Assembly (NCBI RefSeq): GCF_009914755.1
Contig: NC_060938.1
Source: the human T2T-CHM13v2.0 reference genome, Homo sapiens
Length of the DNA stretch: 64,000 nt
Direction: 5' to 3' (one strand)
Positions 1 through 13,198 of the stretch are shown piece after piece. The first letter of the stretch is position 1; every line of letters begins with the position of its first letter. The notes under the pieces were generated by a model. The model was not told the origin of the DNA. It saw nothing but the letters and a program-made list of their open reading frames with translations, and did no database searches. Made by a program: the position numbers and the translations under genes.

Positions 1-173
1 CACCTGTCTGAGCTTTATCCCAAGGGAAGGAGATGGATAAGACCTGAACACAGCCAGATTTCAGGAGCAATACGATAGAGTGCTGTGGCTATCTTAGGCT
101 CAGGCCTATGGGCTCCTGAGTGGGGACAGAGAAGAGAGTGGGAAGCAGCCTTAGCTGAGACACCAAGATGAGA

Positions 174-537
174 TGTTATGTTTTGGCTGTGTCCCCACCC
201 AAACCTCATCTTGAATTGTAGCTCCCATAATCCCCATGTGTTGTAGGAGGAACCCAGTGGGAGGTAACCAAATCATGGGGGCTGTGCTGTGCTGTTCTCA
301 TGATAGTGAATAAGTCTCACGAGATCAGATGGTTTTATAAAAGGCAGTTCCCCTGCACACGCTCTCTTGCCTGCTGCCATGTAAGATGTACCTTTGCTCC
401 TCCTTAGCCTTCTGCCATGATTGTGAGGCCTCCCCAGCCATGTGCAACTGTGAGTCCATTAAGACCTCCTTTTTTTTTAAATAAATTACCCAGTCTTGGG
501 TATGTCTTTATTAGCAGCGTGAGAACAGACTAATACA
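174..537 (+). mobile_element. THE1B-like solo LTR (ERVL-MaLR)
   Basis: TGTTATGTTTTGGCTGTGTCCCCACCCAAA...GAGAACAGACTAATACA, THE1 consensus; inserted into an older ERVL-type LTR relic extending to ~850. Confidence 0.85.
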
Positions 538-1049
538 CAAGGATGTAAGTGCAAGTGGCTTATTTGGGAGGTGATCCCAGGAAACACCAACAGGGGAATG
601 GGGAGGCAAGCAATAGAAGGGACAGCAGCCCAGAAAGGGTCGATTAATGAGTGACTTTGCAATGCAGGCTACTGAGGCTCAGTCCCGCTGGGGACCACTG
701 GAGACAATGTGGAACAGGCAAGAGTTGTCCCACCTGTAGGGAGTTAATCGCCCGACTCCCATCCATCATTGGCTGAGGTCTATTCTGGATCAACGCGTGG
801 ACACTTTCAGCCTGTCTTGCGGGCCTCATGGGTGGGACCCTGGGGCGGGGGGTCAAAGGTGCTGGATGTAGGGAGCAGTAGGCAGGGACTAGAAGAGAGA
901 GTGTAGCGGGTAGGGGCAACAGTACAGACAGGACAAATGATATTCATGCTGGGAAATGTGTATGTCTTTTCTTCTGGCTAGGCCTTTCCCTGGGGATTGA
1001 GTCAATCCAAGCAGGAGTCGAGCTGGACTTGGGTTTTGTAGTTGCCCTA

Positions 1050-1375
1050 TGCTATGGTTTGAATGTTTGTCCCAACTCATGCCGATATTTAATTGCCATT
1101 GTAACAGTGTTAAGAAAGAGGGCCTTTAAGAGGTAAGCCACAAGGGCTCCACCCACGTGAGATTAATGCCATTATAGAAGGGTGAGTTTGGCCCTCTTTT
1201 TCTCTTTCTCATCTTCCCGCTTTCCATCATGTGCTGATGCAGCAAGAAGGCCCCCAAACATACTGGTACCTTGATATTGCACATCCCAGCTTCCAGAACT
1301 GTGAGCCAATACATTTCTATTAGTTATAAATTAACCAGTCTGTGGTTTTCTCTTACAGTGGCACAGACTAAGACA
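1050..1375 (+). mobile_element. MST-family (MSTD-like) solo LTR
   Basis: TGCTATGGTTTGAATGTTTGTCCC...CCAGAACTGTGAGCCAATACATTTC...GACTAAGACA. Confidence 0.75.
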
Positions 1376-2142
1376 ATGTGGTTGCTGTGCATGTGCCACT
1401 GGCTTCAGATCAGTGTTACCCTGTGCTTAGGGTGGAGGCTGGCTTGCAGAGGAGTTTGCTCAGTGTCTTTAAGCTTCTGCACTGTGCCTGAGCCTTGGAT
1501 ATGGTCTCTGCACATCTGCCCCATCCCCAGTGGTAGACATCTGTTTGCTTGTTATTTGCTAGCCTGGTTGGATGGGAGAAGTTGGATTCTCTATGATCCT
1601 CATCCAGCCTCAGTCTAGGCAGGCCCTGTGTGTTTGGGGCTTAGGGGTGGCATTTTCTCAAGATCCCTGCCCCTCTCCTAAGGGTAGCAGGTCTCCAGGT
1701 CTGGGCTCAGGATGGTTTCTTGCTCTTCCCCAAGGGCGGAGGGTTTTACTTTTTCTTCTCCTTCTGCAATTGTCTTTGCATGAGCTTTGGAAGCTACAGG
1801 GTCGGCTGTCTTTCCCCCGCAGCTTAAGGTTTTTGTGCCCTTCTAGAAGAGAAGGAAGGTGGGGGGTATTTGATGCCCTTCTTGCTCCCTTCCTCCAGTC
1901 TTGCCCCTTCCAGGGAAGCTTTCTTCAGGACCCTGCAGGGACCCAGTCCGCAGGGAAAAAGGTCTGCATGTTGGTAGGATCCATGTTGTCTCTGTGGCTT
2001 CTGAAGGTTCTATGCACTCACGTGAGTCTTAGTTGGCCTTTAGCAATCACTTAAGACTTTTAGCTGATTCCTTACTCGCTTGTGCAATGGACCCCAGGGG
2101 GCTCAGTGATCCAGAGTCCTGTCTCTCCCTGGAGGCACCTGA

Positions 2143-2528
<386 letters not shown>

Positions 2529-4118
2529 AGCTCTTCCTTCTTGATAGGTTACCAAGTGGTCTATAAGATGCCTTGTGTGCACCCAGAAGGCTGCCTTAAG
2601 ACCATCTGTTAGAGTGTGGGCGGAAATTTTAGAACTTGTATTTCTACTTATACCTCATTCTTTGAAACACCTCCAGGGAATGAGGCTTCTCTGGCAGGAA
2701 GTGAGACTTCACCCTAGCAGTGAATGGAGCATCAGGGGACACCCAAAAATGCCTGTCACCAGGGTAGGAGCTGTGAATACCCACGAAGTTCCTCCTTGGG
2801 GAACAGGGGAATCAAAAAAAGTCTAACTTACAAATGTAGTCATCTCCCATCCCATGTTATTTCTCTTTTTTTAAAAAAAATTATTTTATTTTTAAATTAT
2901 TTATTATTTTTCAGTTTTCCAGAGGCTGAAGCTAAGAAATTCTCTCCTGTCCTTTAGGTCTTAGGCAAAGCGTCTCTGTTTCAGAGGCCTTCTTTGACCA
3001 TCTCATCTAAGGAGGGCCTCTGTTATTCTCACATGATTACATTCATCACACAGCCTGGCCTAATGGTGGTGGGAGCCAAGGGTTAGGAGAATGAAGGGAA
3101 AAGGTTCAGTCCCTGCCATATCTGGGTCTCCAGACAGGGAGGCTGGAGCTGTCTCATGGGTTATGGGCAGCAGCCCTCAGTGGTGACGGCTTCTGAGGGG
3201 CCAGGAACATGGCAGGAAGGAGCAAGATGCTGAGACCTCCAGACGAGGCAGAAGTAGACAGATGCCCCTTCTGCTCTGTTCTCTGTGTAGTTGATGCTGC
3301 TACCTTGGAGGAGAGGAGAGGCAGCCTTCTCTGTCACCCCTTCATACCTGAGCCCTTGGGGAAAAGGGCTCAGGTTTTGTCCTGGACACTTGGCCTCTCT
3401 TTCCTGGGTTCAGCTGTGCAGGCAGTCCTTGGGAGGAAGATGGAGACCAGGGTGCTCCCCTTGTGGGGCCTGGGCTGCCGCTGTCCTCTGAGTGGCTCAG
3501 AGCCTAGGTCTCTGTCCCACAAAATACAGGGGAGTTTCAGGAGCAGCAGACATGCATGTGCCTCAGCATAAGGAATCTAAAATGTATGGGGGCAGAAGGA
3601 CAGCTGGGGGTCATCCAGAGCAGACTTGCCTCCCTGTAAAACCTCCACACTTGGGACTTCCCTCCTGCCTCTGTTGCTCTCCATGGCTGCCTAGAGGTCC
3701 CCTTCCTCTCGCTGGCTTCTCGGAGGTATTGCCTTCCACCCACACTGCCATGGAAATGCCTAGTTACATCTCCCTCTCCAGTTCTCTCACTGAGCAGCTG
3801 GGACTTCCTTCCTCCTGGGACACCTTTCCCTTTGCCTGCCTCCTCCTCTGTCAGACTTCCATTCGCCTTTCAAGGCCCAAGCCTTTTGCCTCCTCTTCCA
3901 GGAAGCCTCCCCAGATGTGAGAATATATCTCTGCCTCCTCTGTGCTCCCTGCTTGTGGCTGGAGTCCATTACTGCACTGAACATAATGCTCTGTGTCACT
4001 TTTGTTTGGGTAAGTGCCCAGTTTCTCCTGACATCATAGTCTCCTGGGGGTCTGTGTGGACCCCTCCCATCCACTGTAGCACCCGTCACATGAACAAAGA
4101 CTGGAGTCGTTAGGTGAC

Positions 4119-4524
4119 TGATATAGTTTGGATGTTTGTACCCTCCAAGTCTCATGTTAAAATGTGATTCCCCAGTGTTGGAAGTGGGGCCTAGGGGCAG
4201 GTGTTTGGGTCATGGGGGCGGATCCCTCATGAATGACTCCGTGTCCTCCCCACAGTAAGGAGTGTTTTCACTCTATTCGTTCACAAGAGAGCTGGCTACT
4301 TAAAAGAGCCTGGCATCTCTCTTGCTCCCTCTCTTGCCACTTGACACACCTGCTCCTCCTTCCCCTTGTGCAATTGTAAGCTTCCTGAGGCTTTCACCAG
4401 AAGTAAATGCCGGCACCATGCTTCTTGTACAGTCTGCAGAACTGTGGGCCCAATAGACCTCTTTTCTTTATAAATGACCCAGCTTCAGGTATTCCTTTAT
4501 TGCTACCCCAAACAGCCTCACACA
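4119..4524 (+). mobile_element. MSTB-like solo LTR
   Basis: TGATATAGTTTGGATGTTTG...AAACAGCCTCACACA; flanks gtgac/gtgag form a 4/5 TSD. Confidence 0.8.
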
Positions 4525-5105
4525 GTGAGGGTGTGGTCAGGGTTCCAGGTCTTCACGCATGAACTCAGCCTCTCCTTCAATTTTCCAGCCACATTTTGGT
4601 GACCATTCCTGACTCAGCCTCCTCCCCTCAAAGTGCCTAGAGCCTGCATGTAACACTGGACACATTGTCTTTTCCTGCTGGCTTGCTTATCGGCCTTCTG
4701 ACAAGACTTTGAGGTTAGGCAAGGGAAGGATGGTGTCCTGCTCATTCTGGGTATCTAGTGCCATTAATGAAGAACAGAGGGCTCTACAGTCAGTGGTTCC
4801 TGAAGTGCCCTGGCTACCCCTCACCCCTGCCTCCCAACAGGAGCCTGTGACAATGCCAACATTGAATAAGGGGGAAACTGAGGCCCAGAAAAGGCCCACG
4901 AATGGCCCTGGGTCACACGGCCCATCTCCGTAAGGCTGAGACCAATCAAAGCCTTCTGCCTACCGATTATCTGCGTGGCCAACCACCTCCCTCTGCCCCT
5001 CCATGACAGGGCAGTCTAGGAGAGAGGGAGAACTGGAAACCTCCAGCTCAGAACACCAACCAGAGCTGCAAGAAGCAAAACAGGGAGATGCATCTGCATG
5101 TGACC

Positions 5106-5111
5106 TTTATT
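5106..5111 (-). terminator. Poly(A) signal AATAAA of IFI27L2, overlapping the stop codon
   Basis: Minus strand GAG GAA TAA AG contains AATAAA; a U/GU-rich tract (tctccctgttttgcttcttg) follows ~20-40 nt downstream. Confidence 0.75.
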
Positions 5112-5300
5112 CCTCATGTTTCTCTGACTTGAGTGGGGGTTTTGGAGGTTCACCTTGGGGTACATTTTCTCTTGCCTCATCTTCTTTAGCCTCGGGTTCA
5201 GCTGGGAGAGAAGAAGAAGGTGAATTCCCCAAGCAGGCCCCCAACACTGACCCAACAGAGGCCAGGAGGATGTTGGATGATGTGGAGAGTCCAGCTGCCC
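5107..5300 (-). CDS. IFI27L2: IFI27L2 coding exon 4 (GAAGLSTSSNILLASVGSVLGACLG...PPKPPLKSEKHEE*)
   Basis: tcctccacag|GG GCA GCT...; TAA at 5109-5107. Exons total 7+30+162+194=393 nt = 130 aa + stop, matching IFI27L2 as I recall it. Confidence 0.96.
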
Positions 5301-5510
5301 CTGTGGAGGAGACAGAGAATGAGCACAGGGGTCGGGCAGTGGCCCAGAAATCCCACCCGGATCCCTCCTCCAGGTCCTGAAAATCCCAGGGCTCTGCCAT
5401 GGGTAGAAGCTGCTAGAGGCAACTAAAAGACAGCTCAGGGGTGAATTCACGGAAACTGAGAGACAGAGGGAGAGTCATCCACAGACAGACCCTAAGAGCT
5501 ACAGAGCCCC

Positions 5511-5588
5511 TCACTTTACACAGGAGGCCACTGAGGCCCAGAGAGGACAGGGGACCTTGCCCAGGTCACCCAGGTGTCAGAACCCAGG
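5511..5588 (+). mobile_element. MIR fragment in IFI27L2 intron 3
   Basis: ctgaggcccagagagg...cttgcccaggtcac MIR core. Confidence 0.6.
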
Positions 5589-5821
5589 CATTGCTCTTGG
5601 CCTAGGTTCCTTTCCTCTTCTCCCTACCCAGCACCCCATCACCCCTCCACTCCTACCCCAAACCTCACTCAGAAGGAGCCAGAAGAGGGGACAGTGAGGG
5701 AGAGACTGAAGACCCAGGAAGCTGAGGGTCACGGAACTGCAGGGTGAGAAGAGCTTCCCTCGGGCTCAGCCTCAGGGCTGGATCTTCTCGCAGCTCTGGT
5801 GGTCCTGTCTAGGACACTTAC

Positions 5822-5983
5822 CCACGGACTGCAGAGTAGCCACCAGGCTCCCCGCAGAAACACCACCCCCGTTGGCAATGGCTGCTGCGGACATCATCTT
5901 GGCTGCTATGGAGGACGCGGCGATTCCTGCCCCAGTGAAGCCCATGGCACTGAGCACCACGGGCACAGCCCCCACTGCCAGGG
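5822..5983 (-). CDS. IFI27L2: IFI27L2 coding exon 3, ISG12 motif (ALAVGAVPVVLSAMGFTGAGIAASSIAAKMMSAAAIANGGGVSAGSLVATLQSV)
   Basis: cccacag|CC...GTGG|gtaagt; 162 nt; hallmark IFI6/IFI27 family motif GFTxxGIAASSxAAKMMS..A.ANGGGV.AGSLVA.LQS, visible inside ORF 5772..6095. Confidence 0.97.
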
Positions 5984-6251
5984 CTGTGGGGAGAGAGAAG
6001 CTGAGTGCAGAGGTGGGCTCAGGAGAAGGGACCCTTCCCCCCGCCCCCCGCTTAGGAATTCCTTGACAGTTTCCGGAGACTGTCAGCTTGAGCAATACAG
6101 AGATGGCAACTTAGTGGTCTTCTGGTGAAGAAAAGGTGGAGTGTGGAGCCAGGTGAAGCAAAGATGTCATAGAAGGACCAGCCATGGCCCTGGTTTGTCT
6201 CTAACTTGCTGTGTGATGCTGAGGAAGTCAATACCCTTCATTGGTCTCAAA

Positions 6252-6253
<2 letters not shown>

Positions 6254-6284
<31 letters not shown>
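6254..6284. repeat. (TG)15 microsatellite, IFI27L2 intron 2
   Basis: Direct reading. Confidence 0.95.
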
Positions 6285-6286
<2 letters not shown>

Positions 6287-6569
6287 ACGCATAAATGTGA
6301 AATAAGCCACGTGGAGTTTAGCTGCAAATCCTCTTTCAAACGATCTTCCTCCTATGCTTATTCGACATAAGGACTAGAAGAGAAGCTGGGTCAGGAATGG
6401 GAGTGAGCTTTTCCCTGGAGTATTTTGATGCTGTGGCTCACTCAGGCTACTCGGGCAGCTTCGGAAGTGGAGGGTGAGAGCCAGCCCAGCGCCTCATCTC
6501 TGCGTTCTCCCAGCAGCCCGGGGACCAGGCTAGGTGAGGGCCTGGAGACAGGCGATCCGGGTAACTTAC

Positions 6570-6599
6570 CTCCTCCCACTGCAGCAGCAGCTGCCCGTT
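6570..6599 (-). CDS. IFI27L2: IFI27L2 coding exon 2 (KRAAAAAVGG)
   Basis: tctctctctag|AACGGGCAGCTGCTGCTGCAGTGGGAGGAG|gtaagt; 30 nt, phase 1-1. Confidence 0.95.
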
Positions 6600-6600
6600 C

Positions 6601-6742
6601 TAGAGAGAGAGTGCCAGGGGAAGGCAGAGGGAGATGGGAAAGGGGAGAAAGAGGAGAGAGAAGGGCAGAAAGGGAGGGAGGGGGAGGGAAGCAAGGAGCG
6701 GAGGGAGGAAGGGAAGGGGAGGGAGGAAGGGAGGGAGAGGGA
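6601..6742. repeat. GA-rich polypurine low-complexity tract, IFI27L2 intron 1
   Basis: Nearly pure G/A run (ggggagggaaggagg...). Confidence 0.85.
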
Positions 6743-6865
6743 GTCAGTAGGTCAGCTGGTTGATGAAGTCAGGGAATGAAGCTATTCCCTGTCCCTTCCT
6801 GGGCTGGGGTTGGGGAAGCCTGCCCCCAGCCCAGCCCGCCAGCCCCCTGGGGAAGCAAGACTCAC

Positions 6866-6872
6866 TCATCAT
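6866..6872 (-). CDS. IFI27L2: IFI27L2 (ISG12b) coding exon 1 (ATG ATG A)
   Basis: Minus strand reads ctcaccATGATGA|gtgagt: good Kozak (A at -3) and canonical donor at 6865; joins in phase with exon 2. Confidence 0.93.
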
Positions 6873-6879
6873 GGTGAGG

Positions 6880-7160
6880 CCGTCCGGGTCCCAACTTGGC
6901 CCAGGAAATGACAGCGTTCTTGGGGTGTTACTTCCCCCTCCATCCAGTAGGGACGCGCCCACTCTGCCCTAGAGAGACGCAGGCCCCGCCCCCCGCCCCA
7001 CCCCGCTCGCCCGGGAGCCTTCGCGACTCCCCGGCTCGCCTGTCCCGGCTTGATGGATCTACCGAAGAGAAAAGCGCTGGAAAGAACCTGGAAGCCATAG
7101 CAAGTGAGCCCCGCTTCCAAATTGCTGTAGCACCGCCCCCCACTCCAACCCCGCCAATAA
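6880..7160 (-). promoter_or_regulatory. IFI27L2 GC-rich, TATA-less promoter with Sp/KLF GC boxes
   Basis: Small CpG cluster directly upstream of exon 1; repeated CCCCGCCCC boxes at ~6984-7005 and ~7132-7155. Confidence 0.7.
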
Positions 7161-7464
7161 CAGAAGAGCTGTTTGCTGCAAAAACCAAAACCAAAAACAA
7201 CACAACAATAACAAAGAAACAAACAAAATGCAAGGAGAAAAATGATGTTTAATTTAATAAACGATGTTTAACTTCCAGAGAGACACTAATATAAATACAT
7301 TCTGGCACGTTTGCTCCCAGCCTATGTCTCCCCTGAATATGTAAACACCCCCTCCACCACTTGCCAATTTCCCTTCACACTCTGCCTTGCAAATTACTTA
7401 CTTTAGTTAATCAACCATTTAGATTTCCCCAGGCTGCTTAATATCCTTCATCAAGATTTTTAAA

Positions 7465-8700
7465 AAGTCAAGTTTATTAAGGTGTAGGTGATTTACACAA
7501 AGTAAAATTCACCCTTGTAGTGTACACTTCTGTGAGTCTGGGAGGCTTTGACGGCTCTGATTCAGACCGTTTTTTTTTTACATGCCCCGCCCCCTCCTCC
7601 ATCAATCCTCTCATGCGCTTTTGGAGTCACCCACGCCCTGCTCCTGGCAACCATCCCCGCCCATTTGCCTTTTCCAGAACTTCAATATGATATTTGTCAT
7701 TAAATATTCCATCCCCTTGGGTTCAACGTATCAGCCCTCCCTTTTAAGTGTTTAAAGTCTAATTTTTGCTCTGATAAGTTATTTTAGCATGAAGTGCTAA
7801 CATTATGGGGCACAAGTGTTTTCTGTATATTCCTGGAGGTGGAACTGCTGGGTCAGAAACTGTGCATTTTTTACAGCACCTGATACCTGTGTTGTTATGT
7901 TGGCATCCAAAACTATTGTCATCAGTTTACATTTTCCCAGCAGTATGTGAGAGAATCTATTTTTTTTCTACTCCTCACTAACAATTAGCTTTGTCGTTAA
8001 GAAACAATAACACAAAAACCCTTTGTTGATTTAATAGGTGACTTATTTTAATATACTTTTCTCTTCACCACTAGTGAGACTAAACTATTTTTAAGTGTAT
8101 TAGCTTCATGTACTCCTTATTTTGTGAGTTATCTTCTCATATTCTTGGATCCTTGTTCTACTGAAGTATTTTTTTCCTTATTGGTATATAGGAATTAATG
8201 ATATATTAATTATCTTCATCCATTCTCATAGATGTTGCAAATTTTTATTTACACTTCATTCCTGCCTTTTTGGTGTTTTTTTTTTAATAGAAAAGTGTTT
8301 AATATTTATGCAAACTTACCAATATTTTACTTTATTATTTTTGTCTTTAGAAAAGGCCATTTCTACTAGCTATTCAATACACTGTCACTTGTATTTTCTT
8401 TAGATTCTTCTGGGGTTTGCTATTTAAGATTTACTTTAATCCGTCTGGAATTTAGATTGGTACATATAGTGTTTTCTGTATCCATATATGTCTTAGCCAG
8501 TTGTTCCACTACCATTATTAAATCATCTTACATTTCACCTTCGATTTGATATTCCATCTTTATATTCAAAACTCATTAGCTGGTATATATACCAGTATAT
8601 CTGTTTGGATATTTTCTGTTCTGTTCCAAAAAGCTATCTCTTCTGGCAACAATATCACACTGTTTCAATCTTATAAATTTATTATCTGATTTAAAATCTG
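7465..8700 (-). mobile_element. Old L1M (L1ME-like) 3' fragment
   Basis: Degenerate reverse L1 3' UTR/ORF2 motifs (aaaattcacccttgtagtgtacac; ggaactgctgggtca; ccagcagtatgtgagag). Confidence 0.6.
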
Positions 8701-8719
8701 ACTGTGCATAGCAGTATTG

Positions 8720-9815
<1,096 letters not shown>

Positions 9816-10274
9816 CTTAGCCTGCTGCCTTAGTATTAATAGTTAAAAACTACTGCCTGCTAAAAACTACTGCCTTTGTTAAAAACCTAGAAGTGTTTAT
9901 AATTACTTATGGAGAAAATAAAACAAAATAAACAAAACCAATGGCATTAACATTTTTGGCATTAGTTTTAGGACTAATTTGTGCATATTGAGTATTTAAC
10001 GTGTGTATAAGAACTTGGCGTATGGGGCAGATTACTTATAATTCCAATTTTAATGATGTACTTCCATAAGAGACTTAATCTTATGATTATAAAGTTGAAA
10101 GGTATTCTACTTTAAAAACAATTTTGTTAACAAATATTGTTTAAGAAAACTTAACACTCAAAATTATGTTTATTTTATTAAATGTATAAAATTCATCTGT
10201 GTTCATGGGAAGTCTTTGCTTGTTAGAGACATATGCAGTGTTTAAAAAGAAAATTGACAATGTTTATATATTTA

Positions 10275-10301
10275 TACACACACACACACACACGCACACA
10301 C
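10275..10301. repeat. (CA)n microsatellite
   Basis: acacacacacacacacacgcacacac. Confidence 0.9.
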
Positions 10302-10492
10302 AAAAGGAAACTAGATTATGTTAATATACATGTAACCTTAAATACTTTGGAGAATTTGCTCAACTAAATTGTAAAAGTCCCCTTAGATGTATAAATAGAA
10401 TATTAGGATTTTAATTAAAGCTAAGAACTTAAGGATTACTAGATTTTTAATTTATTTCAATAAATTGAATATTAATCTAAAAACCCAAATAG

Positions 10493-10872
<380 letters not shown>

Positions 10873-12367
10873 ACCAGCTGCCTTCTACCACACCCTGAGT
10901 AGTGTCAACTGGACCTTTTCTGACTTCCTGGAATATGCAAATAAAGACTGTAAGCCTCAAGCAAACGCAAAAAAAGCACTTAAACCTAAAGGAAAACATT
11001 ATTAATTATCTGAGCACAATAAAATTAAGAATCTCTGTTTAACAAAAGGCACCATGACAAGAATAAAAATTCGTGCCACATAGTGGGAGAAAATACTTGC
11101 CATACACATAACTGACAAAGAATTCATATTCCGAATATATCAATGTCACCTTGATACCAAAACCTGACAAAGGCATTAAAAAAGAACTACAGAAAAATAT
11201 CCCTTACAAACATACATGCAAATATCCTGAACAAAATACTAGCAAATCAAATCTATAAATATATAAAAGAGACTTATATCATGACCTCATGAGGTTAATA
11301 TAAGGTGAGTTCAACATTTGAAAATCAATTAATTTACTCCATATACAGAATAAGGGGAAAATATTGTAGTGCATATCAATACATGCTTTGATTAAAAATT
11401 CTGAGCAATTTAGGAATAAAGGGAACTTCCTCAACCTTCTAAAGTTTTCTATAGAAAAAAGCAACAAATATCATGCTTAGTGCTGCTGTATTGAATGCAT
11501 TCTACTTCAGATTGGAAGCAGGCAAGGACATCCACTTTCACCACTTCGATTTAATATCATGATAGAAGCCTTAACCAGTGTAATGAAGAAGGGAAGAAAG
11601 AAGAAAAAAATAAGAAAGGTATCAAAATTGGAAAGAAAGATGTAAAACTTTCTTTATTAATGTACAACATTGTTGTTTATGTAGAAAGTACTAAGGAATC
11701 TACAAACAACTGCTAGACCTAAGTGAATTTAACAATATTGCAAATACCAATTGCATTTATAAATATCAGCCACACAAAACGAAACATCAATAGCATCCAA
11801 CTGTTTTCAAATGACACAATAGCATCCAAACTGAAATATTTAGGAATAAATTATGAAAACACATGCAGCACATATAGATTGAAACTACAAATATTGCTGA
11901 GAGAAATTCAAGTGGACCTAAAAAAAAGATAAATTACATTCATGGATTGGGAGACTGAATTTTAAGATGTATTAAGTTGTTAATACATCACAAACTGGTC
12001 TGTAGATTCAAAGCAATCCCAATAGAAATTCCAGCAGGGTTTAATTTTTTGTGTGAAATTGACATGATGTTTCTAAAATATATACGGAAATGCAAACGAC
12101 ATAGAATACGCTTTTTTGTTTTTTTTTAATGAAAAGATAAAGTTGGAAGATTAACACCGGAGTACTTAATTTCAAGACAGTATAAAGCTACATAATTAAG
12201 ACAGTGTGATGTTGGTGTGAGGATAGGCAGAGAGATAGATGGGACAGAATAGAAATCCCATAAGTAAACCTAAACATATATGGTCAACTGAGTTTCAACA
12301 AAGGTACTAAGGTAATTCAATAGGGATGGTAATTGTTTCAATTGATCCTGGAATTACTGAAGATCCA

Positions 12368-13198
12368 TGTGGCAGGCTAAATAATTAGCCCAAAGATATC
12401 AGGTCCTAATCCCTGGAACCTGTGAATGTTACCTGTATTAGTCTGTTTTTACCATGCTAATAAAGTCATACCCGAGACTGGGTGATTTATAAAGAAAAAG
12501 AGGTTTAATGGACTCACAGTTCCACATGGCTGGGGAGGCCTCACAATCATGGCAGAAGGTGAAGGAGGAGCAAAAGCATGTCTTACATGGTGGCAGTCAA
12601 GAGAGCATGTGAAGGGGAACCGCCCTTTATAAAATCATCAGATCTCATGAGACTTATTCATGATCACAAGAACAGCATGGGAAAACATCCCCCCCATGAT
12701 TCAATTACCTCCTGCTGTGTCCCTCCCATGACGTGTGGGGATCATGGGAGCTACTTTTCAAGATGAGATTTGGGTGGGGACACAGCCAAACCATATCATT
12801 ACCTGCAAAGTGTCTTTGTGGATGTGATTAAGTTAAGGATCTTGAGACTGTGAGATATCCTGGATTATCTGTATGGAACCTAAATTCAATCACAAGTATC
12901 ATTATAAGAAGGAAGCAGAGGAATATCTGATACATAGAAGAGAAGAAGATGATGTGACCACGTGGGCCGGTGCAGCCACAAGCCAAGGATTGCTGGCAGC
13001 CACCAGATGCTAGAAGAGGCAGGAAACAGATTCTTCTCTAGAGCCTCCAGAGGCAGCACAACCCTGCTGACACCTTAAATGTGGTCCAGTGATACTGATT
13101 TCAGACTTCCGGTCTCCGGAACTGTGAGACAATAGATTTGTTGTTTTAAACTACCAAGTTTATGGTAATTTGTTATAGTACACACAGAAAATTATATA
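12368..13198 (+). mobile_element. MLT1D-like solo LTR with TSD atcca
   Basis: TGTGGCAGGCTAAATAA...CCTAATCCCTGGAACCTGTGAATG; atcca on both sides. Confidence 0.8.
12434..12798 (-). mobile_element. THE1 solo LTR nested in MLT1D, TSD ttacc
   Basis: tgtattagtc...cagccaaaccatatca; ttacc at 12429-12433 and 12799-12803. Confidence 0.88.

Noticed and set aside
3270-3325. tgtgtag|ttgatgctgctaccttggaggag, faintly like ISG12 exon 2
   Set aside because: No donor site and no downstream ISG12 core exon; too short to support a paralogous pseudogene.
5003-6128. Plus-strand and alternative-frame ORFs over IFI27L2
   Set aside because: Shadow frames of GC-rich coding exons; no independent splice or start support.
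7179-7235. AAAACCAAAACC as an ISRE for IFI27L2
   Set aside because: Lacks the GAAA cores of GAAANNGAAA and sits in A/C low-complexity sequence; I saw no convincing ISRE in the proximal promoter.
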